From Candidatus Latescibacterota bacterium (GTDB taxonomy: Bacteria; Latescibacterota; UBA2968; GCA-2709665): DNA of 64,000 nucleotides. The first letter of the stretch is position 1. The number at the start of each line of letters is the position of its first letter. This document shows positions 21,200 to 31,390 of the stretch, piece by piece. The stretch is taken from NCBI GenBank assembly GCA_963667175.2, contig CAXXXF010000003.1, positions 160,001 to 224,000 of the forward strand. Direction: 5' to 3'. Position numbers and translations under genes: made by a program. Under the pieces are notes generated by a model. It was not told the DNA's origin, ran no database searches, and saw only the letters and a list, made by a program, of their open reading frames with translations.

Positions 21200-22240
21200 A
21201 TGTCGAAAGTACGAATCGCGGTTGTGGGAGCGGGGAACATGGCACGGGTTCGCGGCCATGCGTTTCTGGATACCGGCCGTGCGGAAATCTGTGGCGTGGC
21301 CGCGCGCCGGCGGGAGACGGCCGAACGCTGCGCGGAGGAGTTGGGGTGCGGGGTTTTCTTCGACGACTACGGGCTGTTGGTCGAATCGCGTCCCGATGCG
21401 GTCCTGATCGAGGTACCGCATTTCGTTCAGGACGAGGTCTCTCTGTGGGCGCTGGATGCCGGCTGGGATCTCCTCATCGGCGGCTGTCTCGCTTCGTCTC
21501 CGGAGAATGGGAATCGGATTGTGGAAACGGCGGACCGGTCGGGACGGATCGTGGAGGCCGGGTTTCAGCGACGCTACGACCCGGCCTGGGAGGAGATCCG
21601 TCGCCTGGTGGCGGGCGGCGAACTCGGCGCGCCGGTGATGGCGGTCACGATGGCCCTCTGGAATCCGGACCCGGGCGCCTGGTACTACGATCAGGCGGAG
21701 AGCGGGGGCATGCCGCTGACCCACATGAGCTACTGCTATCTGAATGCCGTTCGCTGGATTCTGGGCAGGCCGGCCACCGTGTCCGCGATGGCCAATCGCA
21801 AGCGGAATACCTCGCCCGTTCAGGTTACGGAAGAGACCTGCGGGGCCCTGATCGGGTTCGAAAACGGTGCCTTTGCTTCGGCCACGGCCAGCTACATCGG
21901 CCCGGATGGAATGCCCGATCCGCAGCCGCGTTTCGTCTGCTCGGAGGGCGGTGTCATGCCCAATGCGGACAGCCCGCCAGGCAAGGATTCCATCACTGTT
22001 TACAAGGGGGGCCGCTCGGAGACCCGGGAGTTTGAGAGTCAGCCGTCTTCGACGGTCCGGCAGGCGCACGCTTTTCTCGATGCCGTCGAGAACCGCCGCG
22101 AGGCGCGCAATCCTCCGGAAGACGCCCTGCTCGACGTCGAGATCGCCCAAGCCATCGCAATCTCAGCCAGGGAACAGAGGACGGTTTCGCTGGCGGAGAA
22201 ATGGCAGCGATCATCCATCAGTTTTCAGCAGTCAGAATGA
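21200..22240 (+). CDS. Gfo/Idh/MocA family oxidoreductase
   Basis: IAVVGAG, GFQRRYDP, ESGG. The EKP motif is degenerate. Confidence 0.85.
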   Translation: MSKVRIAVVGAGNMARVRGHAFLDTGRAEICGVAARRRETAERCAEELGCGVFFDDYGLLVESRPDAVLIEVPHFVQDEVSLWALDAGWDLLIGGCLASSPENGNRIVETADRSGRIVEAGFQRRYDPAWEEIRRLVAGGELGAPVMAVTMALWNPDPGAWYYDQAESGGMPLTHMSYCYLNAVRWILGRPATVSAMANRKRNTSPVQVTEETCGALIGFENGAFASATASYIGPDGMPDPQPRFVCSEGGVMPNADSPPGKDSITVYKGGRSETREFESQPSSTVRQAHAFLDAVENRREARNPPEDALLDVEIAQAIAISAREQRTVSLAEKWQRSSISFQQSE

Positions 22241-22304
22241 AGCGAAAATCAGCTCACACGGAGACACAAAGACACAAAGGAAAACAAACCAGCAATCAGC
22301 TAAA

Positions 22305-22442
22305 CCTCTCCCCCCGGCCTGCCTGCGCCGAGTTCTGCTCGGCAGGCAGGCCCCCTCTCCCGAGGGGAGAGGGGGAGAAAACCAGGACGCCGAGGGGGGA
22401 TCACAGTTCCCCCTTCCCCACGGGAAGGTGATAGGGGGTAGG
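22305..22442. repeat. REP-like palindromic element carrying an inserted CCTGCCTG hairpin (22318..22350)
   Basis: Same layout as 7532..7655 with a 33-bp hairpin inserted. Confidence 0.75.
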
Positions 22443-22547
22443 TTGGCGGCAATGGGGCTGGGGATTTTTCGAGGGTATCTTCGGACAGCACACTGGATCC
22501 GAGGTGGATTCGTATGGAGATTGGGAAAGCGTAACGAAAGTGTTCGG

Positions 22548-25379
22548 ATGATCAAGGACGATCATCGAACGTCGATCGCGTTGCGACGTCTGTTTGTCGC
22601 GGTGCTTTTCATTGCCGTCTCAACAAACGCCGAGGAGATCCATGCCATGAAGACCGAAGAAGGTACCAGCGCTCCTGCCGCATCCCGTATTTTTGCATTA
22701 AGTGGTCAGGTCGTCCTGCAGGCGGAGGACGCCGTCATCGACCCCGATCGTACGGAGGTCGTCGCGCAGAGCTCGTTCACCAGTAAAAAAGGCGTTGCAC
22801 TGAAGGCCGGTGTGGCCACCAGCGTGGGTTCGCCGGGGGCCGAGCCGGACCTGGTTTTCAAGGTGCGCGCCGCCAGGGCGGGGCGGTACGTGATTCGAAC
22901 GCACGCGGCCACGGACGCCCGGGGAGGTGAGGCGATGCGAGTAGCCGGGAGCAAATTCGATTCGCTGTTCCTGACGATCGCCGTGGGCGACGGCCGCCCC
23001 ACCCGGCGCGTGGTGTTCGTGCCGTGGAGCCGTCCGGAGAGCTGTACGCAGAGTATCGGAAAGTTCGATCTCAACGGACAGGAGCAGGAGATCCGGATCT
23101 GGCTGCCGGAGGGCGTGCGCCTCGATTACGTGGAGGTCGGCCCGTACAGGCCTCCGGAAGTCCCATCGACGGCGACCGACTATCAGCCGTCCGTCGTTCC
23201 GCCGGCTTCGCGACCGCGTATCTGGGTGAACGAGCAGTCGCTGCCGAAGGTCCGAGGAAATCTGAGCAAGGGTGAAAACGCACGGCTTTGGGCGCGGGTC
23301 AGGGAAAACGCGGCCGAACCCTTCGTATTTGAGGTTGAACCGGGTACGGAAGTCGGCTATCACGCGGAACTTGAAAAAGCGGCGGTCGCCAGGGCATTCG
23401 TCTACCTGATGACGGGTGACGAGTCACCCGGCCGGGAAGCGGTGGCGCTGATTCGCGACTATCTTGCCGCCGTGGAATTCGGAAATCTGCTGGACATTAC
23501 CCGGGAAATCGGCCGGGCCATCTACTCGGCCGCACTGGTTTACGACTGGTGCTATGAGCTGATGACACCAGACGACAGGGAAAGCATCCGCGGCGATCTG
23601 ATGCGTCTGGCCGACGACATGGAAATTGGCTGGCCGCCGTTCAAGCAGATCATCGTCAACGGCCACGGCAACGAGGCGCAGGTCAACCGCGACCTGCTCT
23701 GCATGGCCATCGCGATCTACGACGAGGATCCGGTACTCTACCAATACTGCGCCTACCGCGTTCTGGAAGAACTGGTACCCATGCGCCGGTTCGAATACCA
23801 GTCCCCGCGTCACAACCAGGGCGTCAGTTACGGCCCGTACCGGTTCGCCTGGGATATGCACGCCGCCTGGCTCTTCTACCGCATGTCCGGCAAGCGGGTC
23901 TTCGACGACAACATCTCGGAGGTCTGCAAGTTCTGGCTCTACATGCGCTTGCCGAACGAAGAGACCTTCCGGGACGGCGACGGATTCTCCGACGGCAGGC
24001 CCGCAAGCCTCGGAGCCACGGCACTGCTCAGCTACGCCTACAGCAACGATCCTGTCATCAAGCGGGACTTCGAGCGGCAGGGCGGTCTGCCTTCCGACCC
24101 GATCCTGGTGCTGCTGCTGAACGACCCGGACCTGAAGGCGGCGGAGAGTTTCGATTCATTGCCGCGGACCCTGGATTTCGGTCCGGTCATCGGTTCCATG
24201 GTCGCTCGGACCGGCTGGAACATGGGCCCGGGCGTGTCCGACGTGGTTGTGGAAATGAAGGGCGGGGGATATCACTTCGGCAATCACCAGCACGCCGACG
24301 CGGGCAGCTTCCAGATCTATTACCGCGGGCTGCAGGCGGCGGACCTGGGGCAGTACCACTTCTACGGTACGCCCTACGATTTCAATTTCTGCAAGCGTTC
24401 GATTTCGCACAGCATGATGCTGGCGGTCGATCCTGAAGAGCAGTTCATTCGCAATTCCGCCAACGACGGCGGCGCCCGTTTCATTCAATCCTGCCCGACC
24501 ACACCGGAACAGGCGCGTACGGATCCAACCTTCGCCAACGGCGACGTCCTCTCAGCCGACTTCGGGCCGTCGCCACAGCGTCCGTTCTACAGCTATTTCT
24601 CGGTCAATCTGACGTCGGCATACAGCGAGAAGATCGAAGACTACGTCCGGACCTTCTGCTTCCTGAATCTGGACAACGAGCGGACTCCCGCGGCGCTGAT
24701 CGTCCTGGACAACATGACCACCGCCAGACGGGAGTTCAGAAAATACTGGCAGGTCAACACCCTCAACCCGCCCGAAACCACGCCCGACGGCGTGATCCTG
24801 ACAAACAGCAGCGATGGCGAGACCGGCAAGGTCGTTCTGCGAATGCTGCGGCCGGGGCCGGAGGAGCGGGACCTTCAGGTTTTGAGCGGCAGGGACGCCA
24901 ACAGCGTGTTCGGACAGTACTTCACGCCGCCGAAACCCGACCGGCCGGAAGCGAACGGGCATCGTGTGATGTTCTCGCCTTCCAAAGAGCAGGCCAACGA
25001 TGTGTTCCTTACGGTGATGTCAATGTCCGACGTGCAGGCGACGGACCTGCCGGTCGCCCTCGTGGAACTCCCCGAAGCCTTCGTCGTTTCGCTGGCCGAC
25101 AGGGTGGTAGTCTTGAGCCGTACCGGCAGACTGCTGGAGCAGACGCTGCAGGTTGACGTGACGGGTGATGATCGCTGCCAGTTACTGCTGGCCGGCCTGG
25201 CGCCGGGCGTATGGAGTATCCGGGACCGGGACGGCAGGGTTCAGTACAACACCCGCGTCGACGATCGCCGAAACACCGCGTTCTTCGTGGTACCGAATGG
25301 GGAATATACGGTTCAGCCCGAAGCCATCCCCGGCGCACCCGAGTTCCAGGCGGCGCCGGACTTCATGCCCGCCGGTTGA
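22548..25379 (+). CDS. Heparinase II-like lyase
   Basis: GHGNEAQ, HNQGVSYG..RF, RDGD, FGNHQHADAGSFQIYYRG, SHSMML. The start could instead be ~22648. Confidence 0.85.
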   Translation: MIKDDHRTSIALRRLFVAVLFIAVSTNAEEIHAMKTEEGTSAPAASRIFALSGQVVLQAEDAVIDPDRTEVVAQSSFTSKKGVALKAGVATSVGSPGAEPDLVFKVRAARAGRYVIRTHAATDARGGEAMRVAGSKFDSLFLTIAVGDGRPTRRVVFVPWSRPESCTQSIGKFDLNGQEQEIRIWLPEGVRLDYVEVGPYRPPEVPSTATDYQPSVVPPASRPRIWVNEQSLPKVRGNLSKGENARLWARVRENAAEPFVFEVEPGTEVGYHAELEKAAVARAFVYLMTGDESPGREAVALIRDYLAAVEFGNLLDITREIGRAIYSAALVYDWCYELMTPDDRESIRGDLMRLADDMEIGWPPFKQIIVNGHGNEAQVNRDLLCMAIAIYDEDPVLYQYCAYRVLEELVPMRRFEYQSPRHNQGVSYGPYRFAWDMHAAWLFYRMSGKRVFDDNISEVCKFWLYMRLPNEETFRDGDGFSDGRPASLGATALLSYAYSNDPVIKRDFERQGGLPSDPILVLLLNDPDLKAAESFDSLPRTLDFGPVIGSMVARTGWNMGPGVSDVVVEMKGGGYHFGNHQHADAGSFQIYYRGLQAADLGQYHFYGTPYDFNFCKRSISHSMMLAVDPEEQFIRNSANDGGARFIQSCPTTPEQARTDPTFANGDVLSADFGPSPQRPFYSYFSVNLTSAYSEKIEDYVRTFCFLNLDNERTPAALIVLDNMTTARREFRKYWQVNTLNPPETTPDGVILTNSSDGETGKVVLRMLRPGPEERDLQVLSGRDANSVFGQYFTPPKPDRPEANGHRVMFSPSKEQANDVFLTVMSMSDVQATDLPVALVELPEAFVVSLADRVVVLSRTGRLLEQTLQVDVTGDDRCQLLLAGLAPGVWSIRDRDGRVQYNTRVDDRRNTAFFVVPNGEYTVQPEAIPGAPEFQAAPDFMPAG

Positions 25380-25761
25380 CGAGCGGTGGGCTGAAAGCAG
25401 GCGGGAAGGTGATATGCAGGGGTTGGTGGATCTGGACGAGGATTTTCTACCGGATGTCGAAATGGCCGAAGCCGGTTCCATCTTTACCTGGGAACAGAAA
25501 ACGGTTTACCTGGCAGGTATCAAATGAAGGGAGGGGAAATGAAACGGCGGGACAGGAGGGTCATTTCGGTAGCCCGCGCTATAGGCAACGTCGGGTACCA
25601 ACCATTTATTGAATTCAAGGGCTCGTAGGCGTCACGACACCGGCGCTATTCGGAATTCCTACCGACGTAACCGATCAAGCATCTGCAGGAGAATGGGGAT
25701 ATTTCAGATGTGATTATGACTTGGTTCGCGACATTGGAGGACCGTAAGAGACTGAATCCAC

Positions 25762-26169
25762 CTAATCGATATCCCACCAGACGGAATTCGCGACGATAGC
25801 GTCGCGGACAGCCATTTTCTTGCGCCCCTTTATTAATGAATGGGCATCGTTAGAGCCCTGGTCAGAATCCCTAATCGGATCGTATATGACTTGCTGCTTC
25901 CAGGCCGGAACGATCTCACCCTCTCTTTTCGGATTGCGAGGGTTCTTGATCTCGTCACAAATCGTGATTTCGATTACCCTTGTCTTACCTTGCTCCACGT
26001 GTAAGGATGTTCTCGGATCATGACGGAACCTCGCCCAATCACAGGAGAGCTCAATATCACCAAATAGCGACCCGGGAATCTCCACTTGATCTTTCGGAAA
26101 GGCTTCGCTACGACACCACCTGTATAATACCTCTCCGTTCGGAATCTCACTACCGGGAGATGGAGGCAT
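25762..26169 (-). CDS. Putative ADP-ribosyltransferase-like toxin
   Basis: E.LYR ... LSCD ... V.YDP ... N.AHSLI.G pattern. Overlaps the upstream gene by 20 bp. Confidence 0.55.
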   Translation of the reverse strand: MPPSPGSEIPNGEVLYRWCRSEAFPKDQVEIPGSLFGDIELSCDWARFRHDPRTSLHVEQGKTRVIEITICDEIKNPRNPKREGEIVPAWKQQVIYDPIRDSDQGSNDAHSLIKGRKKMAVRDAIVANSVWWDID

Positions 26170-26746
26170 ATTGAGATGTCACCGTACCATTCAACTCATT
26201 CGCCGACAGATTGAATTCGTAATAGTAGCCGCCGTATTGCACCTCCAGTTCTACACGATCATCGTTCGATATCGTCACGTGGATTGAATTATCGTCATCC
26301 GCATGAAGTTCAACGAGTATTCCTCCGCTTGGGATTGGACCCATAACTATTCTCGGAATGAGGCAGAGTTCCTCGCTGAATATCTTTCTTTTTATGTAGA
26401 GAAGCAACTCTTGGGAACGGAGAATCGCAGAGGATGATGGATTGACGGCGCCGCCGGACACCCAATCTGATTCAAGATTCCTCAACCCCTCAAGATAGCT
26501 ACACCTTTTGGACACAAGAGAGGCGAAACTCTGAATTCCGATTTCTTTCCAATCGTCTGACCGGGCGCAACTACCATAATTGACTGCGCCGAAGGCCGAA
26601 ATATCCGACGTATCAGGAGTGCGGACCTCCTCGACGAAAATCGAAACAGGAGTCCCCTGCAACTTATCAAAAACCGCCTCCTTGTGATTGCTCAACGCTG
26701 ATGGCGAATCAATCTCATAGGGGGCTTGGAATGTGTCTAGGCCCAT
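26150..26746 (-). CDS. Putative antitoxin (hypothetical protein)
   Basis: L..LESDW.SGGA..PS..AI ... P.P.GG..VE motif after a ~70-aa polar N-terminal extension. Overlaps both neighbours. Confidence 0.55.
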   Translation of the reverse strand: MGLDTFQAPYEIDSPSALSNHKEAVFDKLQGTPVSIFVEEVRTPDTSDISAFGAVNYGSCARSDDWKEIGIQSFASLVSKRCSYLEGLRNLESDWVSGGAVNPSSSAILRSQELLLYIKRKIFSEELCLIPRIVMGPIPSGGILVELHADDDNSIHVTISNDDRVELEVQYGGYYYEFNLSANELNGTVTSQYASISR

Positions 26747-27498
26747 TTTGCAAGAGTCTCCGCTGTAAAGATTCCGCTGAAATGATCGTACTGCACCTTG
26801 TGTGCAGCGCTGAACCAGTCGTCGAACGACTGATGTAGATTGATACCGCGAAGGGTGCTCTCAAGTTGAAGGACCTGTTTCCCCTCGGCAGCGGCCTGAG
26901 TTGCTGTGTTCACTGCAAAAATACCATATCCGCCTAATGGATCATAATTGTAAGTAAAGCGTGAGAATGAGTTGTTCAATCCCTCTGGAGTCCCGATCTC
27001 CGGAGGCTTGAACCTCATGATTTTGTGGGTATCACTCAGGCTGTCGATATATTCCTGCCACTCAAGACGGTCATGATAGCTAAGGTCGAAGTACCTGACT
27101 GAATCCTTGGTGAGATCGGAGGAATCGAGCCTCATAACATCGAGTGCTTGCCTGAATCTGCCATATATTGTGGTGTATCCAGGATAGTTGCCGACTGATT
27201 CATAGTCCGGACGGATCCAGTTGAGGTAGACCTTATTCGCTTGAATCTGGCACATCCATTTGCCGTCTTCGCTGCGCAAACGAATCAGGACCGTTCCTGA
27301 CTTTTCAGGGTTCAATTCCTGAGTGACCTGGTATCCTGACATCCATTCATCGGCTAAAGGGGGGCGAATCTCCACTCGTGAGTATTTGTCCGACAAGGCC
27401 TGCTGGGTGTCAAACAACTCCCTTATGGATAGCCGTTTCTCCTTAAAGGTCACGCCAAAGATGACCTCGGATACTGGTGCCCTGGGGTATGTCTTCAT
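26737..27498 (-). CDS. TIGR04255 family protein
   Basis: YPRAPVSEVIFGVTF start, QIQ.N..YLNW, YPGY, L.Y.D and the C-terminal F..AH......F..IFT....KW. Confidence 0.8.
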   Translation of the reverse strand: MKTYPRAPVSEVIFGVTFKEKRLSIRELFDTQQALSDKYSRVEIRPPLADEWMSGYQVTQELNPEKSGTVLIRLRSEDGKWMCQIQANKVYLNWIRPDYESVGNYPGYTTIYGRFRQALDVMRLDSSDLTKDSVRYFDLSYHDRLEWQEYIDSLSDTHKIMRFKPPEIGTPEGLNNSFSRFTYNYDPLGGYGIFAVNTATQAAAEGKQVLQLESTLRGINLHQSFDDWFSAAHKVQYDHFSGIFTAETLAKWA

Positions 27499-28434
27499 TT
27501 TATCTGAACGAGATGAAGATCGTGCGATGATTGTCGTTTCGCCCGACGTGGATCGCTATTCGTTTCAGTTAAGCATTTCGCCGAATTGCTAATACTCAAG
27601 ATTCCTGTACTGTACAATAGTAGAGCTGGGGGTTAAATGCAAAGCGGGCGCTCAATCCTGCTCGATGGAGCCGCGAGAGAACTCCGGTCCTTCATTGCAC
27701 CGATTGCCTTGATTCGAAATTTTCTGGTGACGTTAAATCGAATATATCCAGGTGAATAAAGACGATTTGACGTCGGATATCCAAGAACCTTCAGGTCACT
27801 GGACGTGAACGGAAGAATTGTCCATTTGGACGACCTTTACGCCCCGTTTAGCGCCGATACCTTTTGTGCTTTTTGTGGCTGATTTAGCGCTTATCTTTTT
27901 CGAATTGAGGTTAGTTCGTCGAGTGCGCCCTGGTGAACTCCTTGGAGGTCAATCCACCAAAAGTCAAACTCTCGGAGCAAACCGAAACGTTGCCCACGCC
28001 AGTAACGCCCAAACCGACTACAGGCATGGTTGTCAGCGCGAGCGGAAATTGAGAATTCTCCTGCGCCTACGCTTCCGACGCTGCCCGATAGGCGAAGGTT
28101 CCCCAAGTTTGGGTCCAATTAAGTCCCATCTGAGTGTCTCTGTCAAGGCAATTTGCGCAGGCCAGGATCCCTCACGCTACCATTTATACATTCGCCGGAA
28201 TTTCAGTTGGGCTCCCAAACAGGTCTGGTTGACGTTCGGCTGCACGTAACGGTAGCATCCCACTACTCGTCGCGGCCATCCATCACGCACACCCTGGTAG
28301 ATTCGTCACTGGATACCTTCCAGATGACATTCACGAGGCGCGCTCACCGGGGTTCTCCGCACCTACCCCGACCTCTCCAGATGGCGGCGGACTGAGTTCC
28401 GAGTGGTCAGGACGACAATGACTCTCAGACGGTC

Positions 28435-29595
28435 CTAGTATTCCTGGATATCTGCTTTCTGGCGAAATGCTGCCAGGTCCAGGCCACCTCGGTTGTAGGC
28501 ATCCACGTCCCGTTTCTTAACCTTTAGCACAAGTCCTCGTGGATCGGACGTTCTCCTGGGGAATCCCCTCGAAAACCGCACATCCAACAAGATGTACTCG
28601 TCGGGCTTGAGGGTGCGCAGGGTATAGCCGTAATCTCCCACGGCCTCAACCAACTCATCCTTGAATCGTTCCTGGAAATGGGTATCTCCTTTGACTGCGT
28701 TTCTCGGCTTGGCGAGATTGACTGGTGACTTTGGCGCATTCCTCGTTTTCGAACTAAAGAAAGTACGAGGCCCACGCTTCGCGTTCACAAAGAAGAGCGC
28801 ACCCAACCCTTTTTGGTATATGCCCCGAGTCGCGTAGGTTCTCGGTACACGATGTTCTGCATGCGTCAGCGCTTTGTCCAGGATGGTGGCCATCACACCG
28901 ATCTTCTTCATCATTGACCCATCCGGCCTGCGATCCCGAGAGACGATCCGCTTCCTGAAATCCGCTTCGCTGATGCGCTCCCGGCGGTATGCCACGATAT
29001 CGCTTTTTTTCGCCGTCACCTCTAAATAGCTCTGTTCCGACAACTCGGTCCTGATCCGATTGTCCGGGACCGCCCAGAAATATTCTGATTTGTCGACAAA
29101 CATCCTCGCTATATCATCCACGTTACGGGGGCCAAGTCGGTGATGGGTCAGGATAGTAATTCGGTCTTCATCTCTTAGCTGGCGGATAGCATCCGCGTAT
29201 GTTCCAAGAAACTCACGCAGTCGTTCCTGGAAAGCGAGCCGCTTATTCTCCCGCTTCGATTTACCGTCCTTCGCGACATTGCCTTTCTCCTGAGTTCCGG
29301 TAACGGTTGTGGGCGGCACGAAAGATTCCATTCCAGCAAATTCGAATCCCGGCGGAGGCCGTTCTTCTATGAGAAAGATCACCCCGTAGTTCTCGAAGTA
29401 GAGTCCCCGTACGTGCGGTTCTCGGAGGAAAATGGGTACGGTTGGCGTGTTCTGCGCGCGCAGGCGTTTCAGGATGCCTTCCATGATGTCCAGGTCCTGC
29501 TTCATCCGCTTTCGGTCGATTTCGGCTTCGACGGGGAATGCGGGAAGGGAGAGGCATAAGGCGGCTGCGATGCCAATAAGGCGATGGGTCTTCAT
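28435..29595 (-). CDS. Secreted hypothetical protein in the ECF operon
   Basis: Signal peptide. Internal duplication: GLYFENYGVIF / GIYQKGLGALF and VTAKKSDI / LKVKKRDV. Confidence 0.75.
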   Translation of the reverse strand: MKTHRLIGIAAALCLSLPAFPVEAEIDRKRMKQDLDIMEGILKRLRAQNTPTVPIFLREPHVRGLYFENYGVIFLIEERPPPGFEFAGMESFVPPTTVTGTQEKGNVAKDGKSKRENKRLAFQERLREFLGTYADAIRQLRDEDRITILTHHRLGPRNVDDIARMFVDKSEYFWAVPDNRIRTELSEQSYLEVTAKKSDIVAYRRERISEADFRKRIVSRDRRPDGSMMKKIGVMATILDKALTHAEHRVPRTYATRGIYQKGLGALFFVNAKRGPRTFFSSKTRNAPKSPVNLAKPRNAVKGDTHFQERFKDELVEAVGDYGYTLRTLKPDEYILLDVRFSRGFPRRTSDPRGLVLKVKKRDVDAYNRGGLDLAAFRQKADIQEY

Positions 29596-29613
29596 ATTTC
29601 AATCTCCGTCAGT

Positions 29614-30327
29614 TTATTGTTCGGCGGTGGGAGGAGTGTACGGATCCGCCTGCGCGTAAGTCACCGCAAGCAGGTGGTGCAGGAGGTCTTCGGTACGTAG
29701 AAAGCGGTTCTCCGTCGATCCCTCGATTTCCTGCAAGCCCTGGCCTACGAGCACCAGGTCGCGACGGCGCTGGGATTCCATGTCCCGGGCGAACTGTTCG
29801 AGGATAAGACCGAGTTCCAGACGTTGACTGGTGTACCCGTCGTCGATCAACTCCTGAATCAGCGCCAGGGACTGATTTTGGACCTGGATCAGCTCCGCTC
29901 GCGTGACCGGCGTCTCGCGAACCCCTTCAGATGGCTCGAGATCTTCAACCGCGGGGAGCCGCAGCTTCACGTGCAGTCCCCCCTCCCCGTCGTATCGCGC
30001 CTCGAAGTTCAAAACAGCGAAGACGAGAATGACCGCGGCCAGTCCCAGGGCCATACCTGGCGCAAGCCAGCGCCGGTTGCCCGCGGACGTCCACGGCGGC
30101 AGGATGGCCTTCCACCATGGGTTTTTTTCGGGCGCGAAGACCAGACTCGCCGGAGGGACTTCATCCGTCCAGGCACGCATCAGGTTCCTGGTCCGCCCGA
30201 GTCTCTCCAGAGCCTGTGCGCAGGCAGGACAGGCGCTGAAGTGGGATTCGATTCCGGCTTTCTCCTCGGCGTCGACTTCGTCGTAGAGATAGCCGATAAG
30301 TTCCTCTCTGGGCAGTTCACATTTCAT
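29614..30327 (-). CDS. Zinc-finger (zf-HC2) anti-sigma factor
   Basis: HFSACPAC motif and one TM helix. Overlaps the sigma gene. Confidence 0.88.
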   Translation of the reverse strand: MKCELPREELIGYLYDEVDAEEKAGIESHFSACPACAQALERLGRTRNLMRAWTDEVPPASLVFAPEKNPWWKAILPPWTSAGNRRWLAPGMALGLAAVILVFAVLNFEARYDGEGGLHVKLRLPAVEDLEPSEGVRETPVTRAELIQVQNQSLALIQELIDDGYTSQRLELGLILEQFARDMESQRRRDLVLVGQGLQEIEGSTENRFLRTEDLLHHLLAVTYAQADPYTPPTAEQ

Positions 30328-30907
30328 AATCGATCGTCTCCCGGGTGATGTTCCACTGGTCCATAACCTTTCTGAGGTTTCCGAGGCCGTAGTAGAGACG
30401 GGATTTTACCGTATTGACCGGCAGTTTCAGAATGCCGGCGATTTCGGTGAATTTCAGATGCTGGTATTCCTTCATGACGACGATTGTCCGTTGTTCATGC
30501 GGAATGCACTGCAACGCCCGGTTGAGCAGATCGCGGAGTTCGCACTTGTGAATTCCGGAATCCGTTGTTGGCGATACTTCCGCCTTCTCGTCCGGCCTGC
30601 GGTCGACGCCGGTTTCCAGGCTCTCCAGTGAAATCATCGGACGCCGCTTCCTCCTCCTCAACTCGTCCCGACACGAATTGACGGCGATCTGATAGATCCA
30701 GGTGGAGAACTTTTCCGGATCCCGCAGCCGGCGGAGGTTTCGGTGGGCTTTGATGAGGACCTTCTGGCTCAGGTCATGCGCTTCCTCGCGGTCTCCGACC
30801 TGGCGCAGGATGAAGTTGTAGAGCCTGCTTTGCCACCGTCCAGCCAGACCGTTAAAGGCATGCGATTCACCGTCGCGGAATCGCCTGATCAACTCGGCGT
30901 CCGTCAT
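30317..30907 (-). CDS. ECF RNA polymerase sigma factor
   Basis: DLSQ, FSTWIYQIAVN, EIAGIL..PVNTVKSRL. GGAGGA RBS. Confidence 0.93.
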   Translation of the reverse strand: MTDAELIRRFRDGESHAFNGLAGRWQSRLYNFILRQVGDREEAHDLSQKVLIKAHRNLRRLRDPEKFSTWIYQIAVNSCRDELRRRKRRPMISLESLETGVDRRPDEKAEVSPTTDSGIHKCELRDLLNRALQCIPHEQRTIVVMKEYQHLKFTEIAGILKLPVNTVKSRLYYGLGNLRKVMDQWNITRETIDYEM

Positions 30908-30955
30908 CTATCCTCCGGTATGAATTATCGCGGATTCCTGAAGGCATCTGCATGT

Positions 30956-30982
30956 GTGACGACGAGATTGACGGAAAAGTTC
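30956..30982 (-). promoter_or_regulatory. Putative autoregulatory ECF promoter
   Basis: GAACTT-N15-CGTCAC (GAAC-N17-CGTC) on the minus strand, ~50 bp upstream of the sigma ATG. Confidence 0.6.
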
Positions 30983-31390
30983 TACGGTTTACGTCGGTGC
31001 ACGCGAATTTTTAACTGCTGACCTGTCCGGATGAGATCGGTTGTTCCGACAATGTCTCACAGGCGTCCTGTCGTCTGCTGGCCGATCGAGAACATTGGAT
31101 CGACGCCAGGGATCTGTACGGTGGAGCCGGCCGAACGCTTCAGTCCGTGGGTACGTGTCAGGATTGCGATTGACATCATTGGGGATTTTGGCCATGGTGA
31201 AGTTGGCCGGAGGCATACGGCGGGTGTATGAGCGCCGCAGGTTTCCAACCCGATCTCGGACATGCGTGGTCTGAAGCAATCTGACGGAGAAGCCGCAGGT
31301 CCGGACGACAACTCCGGCGCCGTCGGATCGGGAGAACCGCGTTTCGTATGACCGGGTTCGCGGGGATGGATTCGCAACGGGAGAGCCTTA

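Noticed and set aside
21867-22547. N-terminal 227 aa of the 1170-aa ORF
   Set aside because: Overlaps the oxidoreductase and crosses repeat elements. The real start is ~22548 or later.
27600-28430. Gene or ncRNA in the 0.8-kb gap
   Set aside because: Only short motif-less ORFs and no convincing structure; possibly decayed sequence.
30990-31390. Riboswitch or small gene between the sigma and PhyH genes
   Set aside because: No recognisable aptamer or supported ORF.
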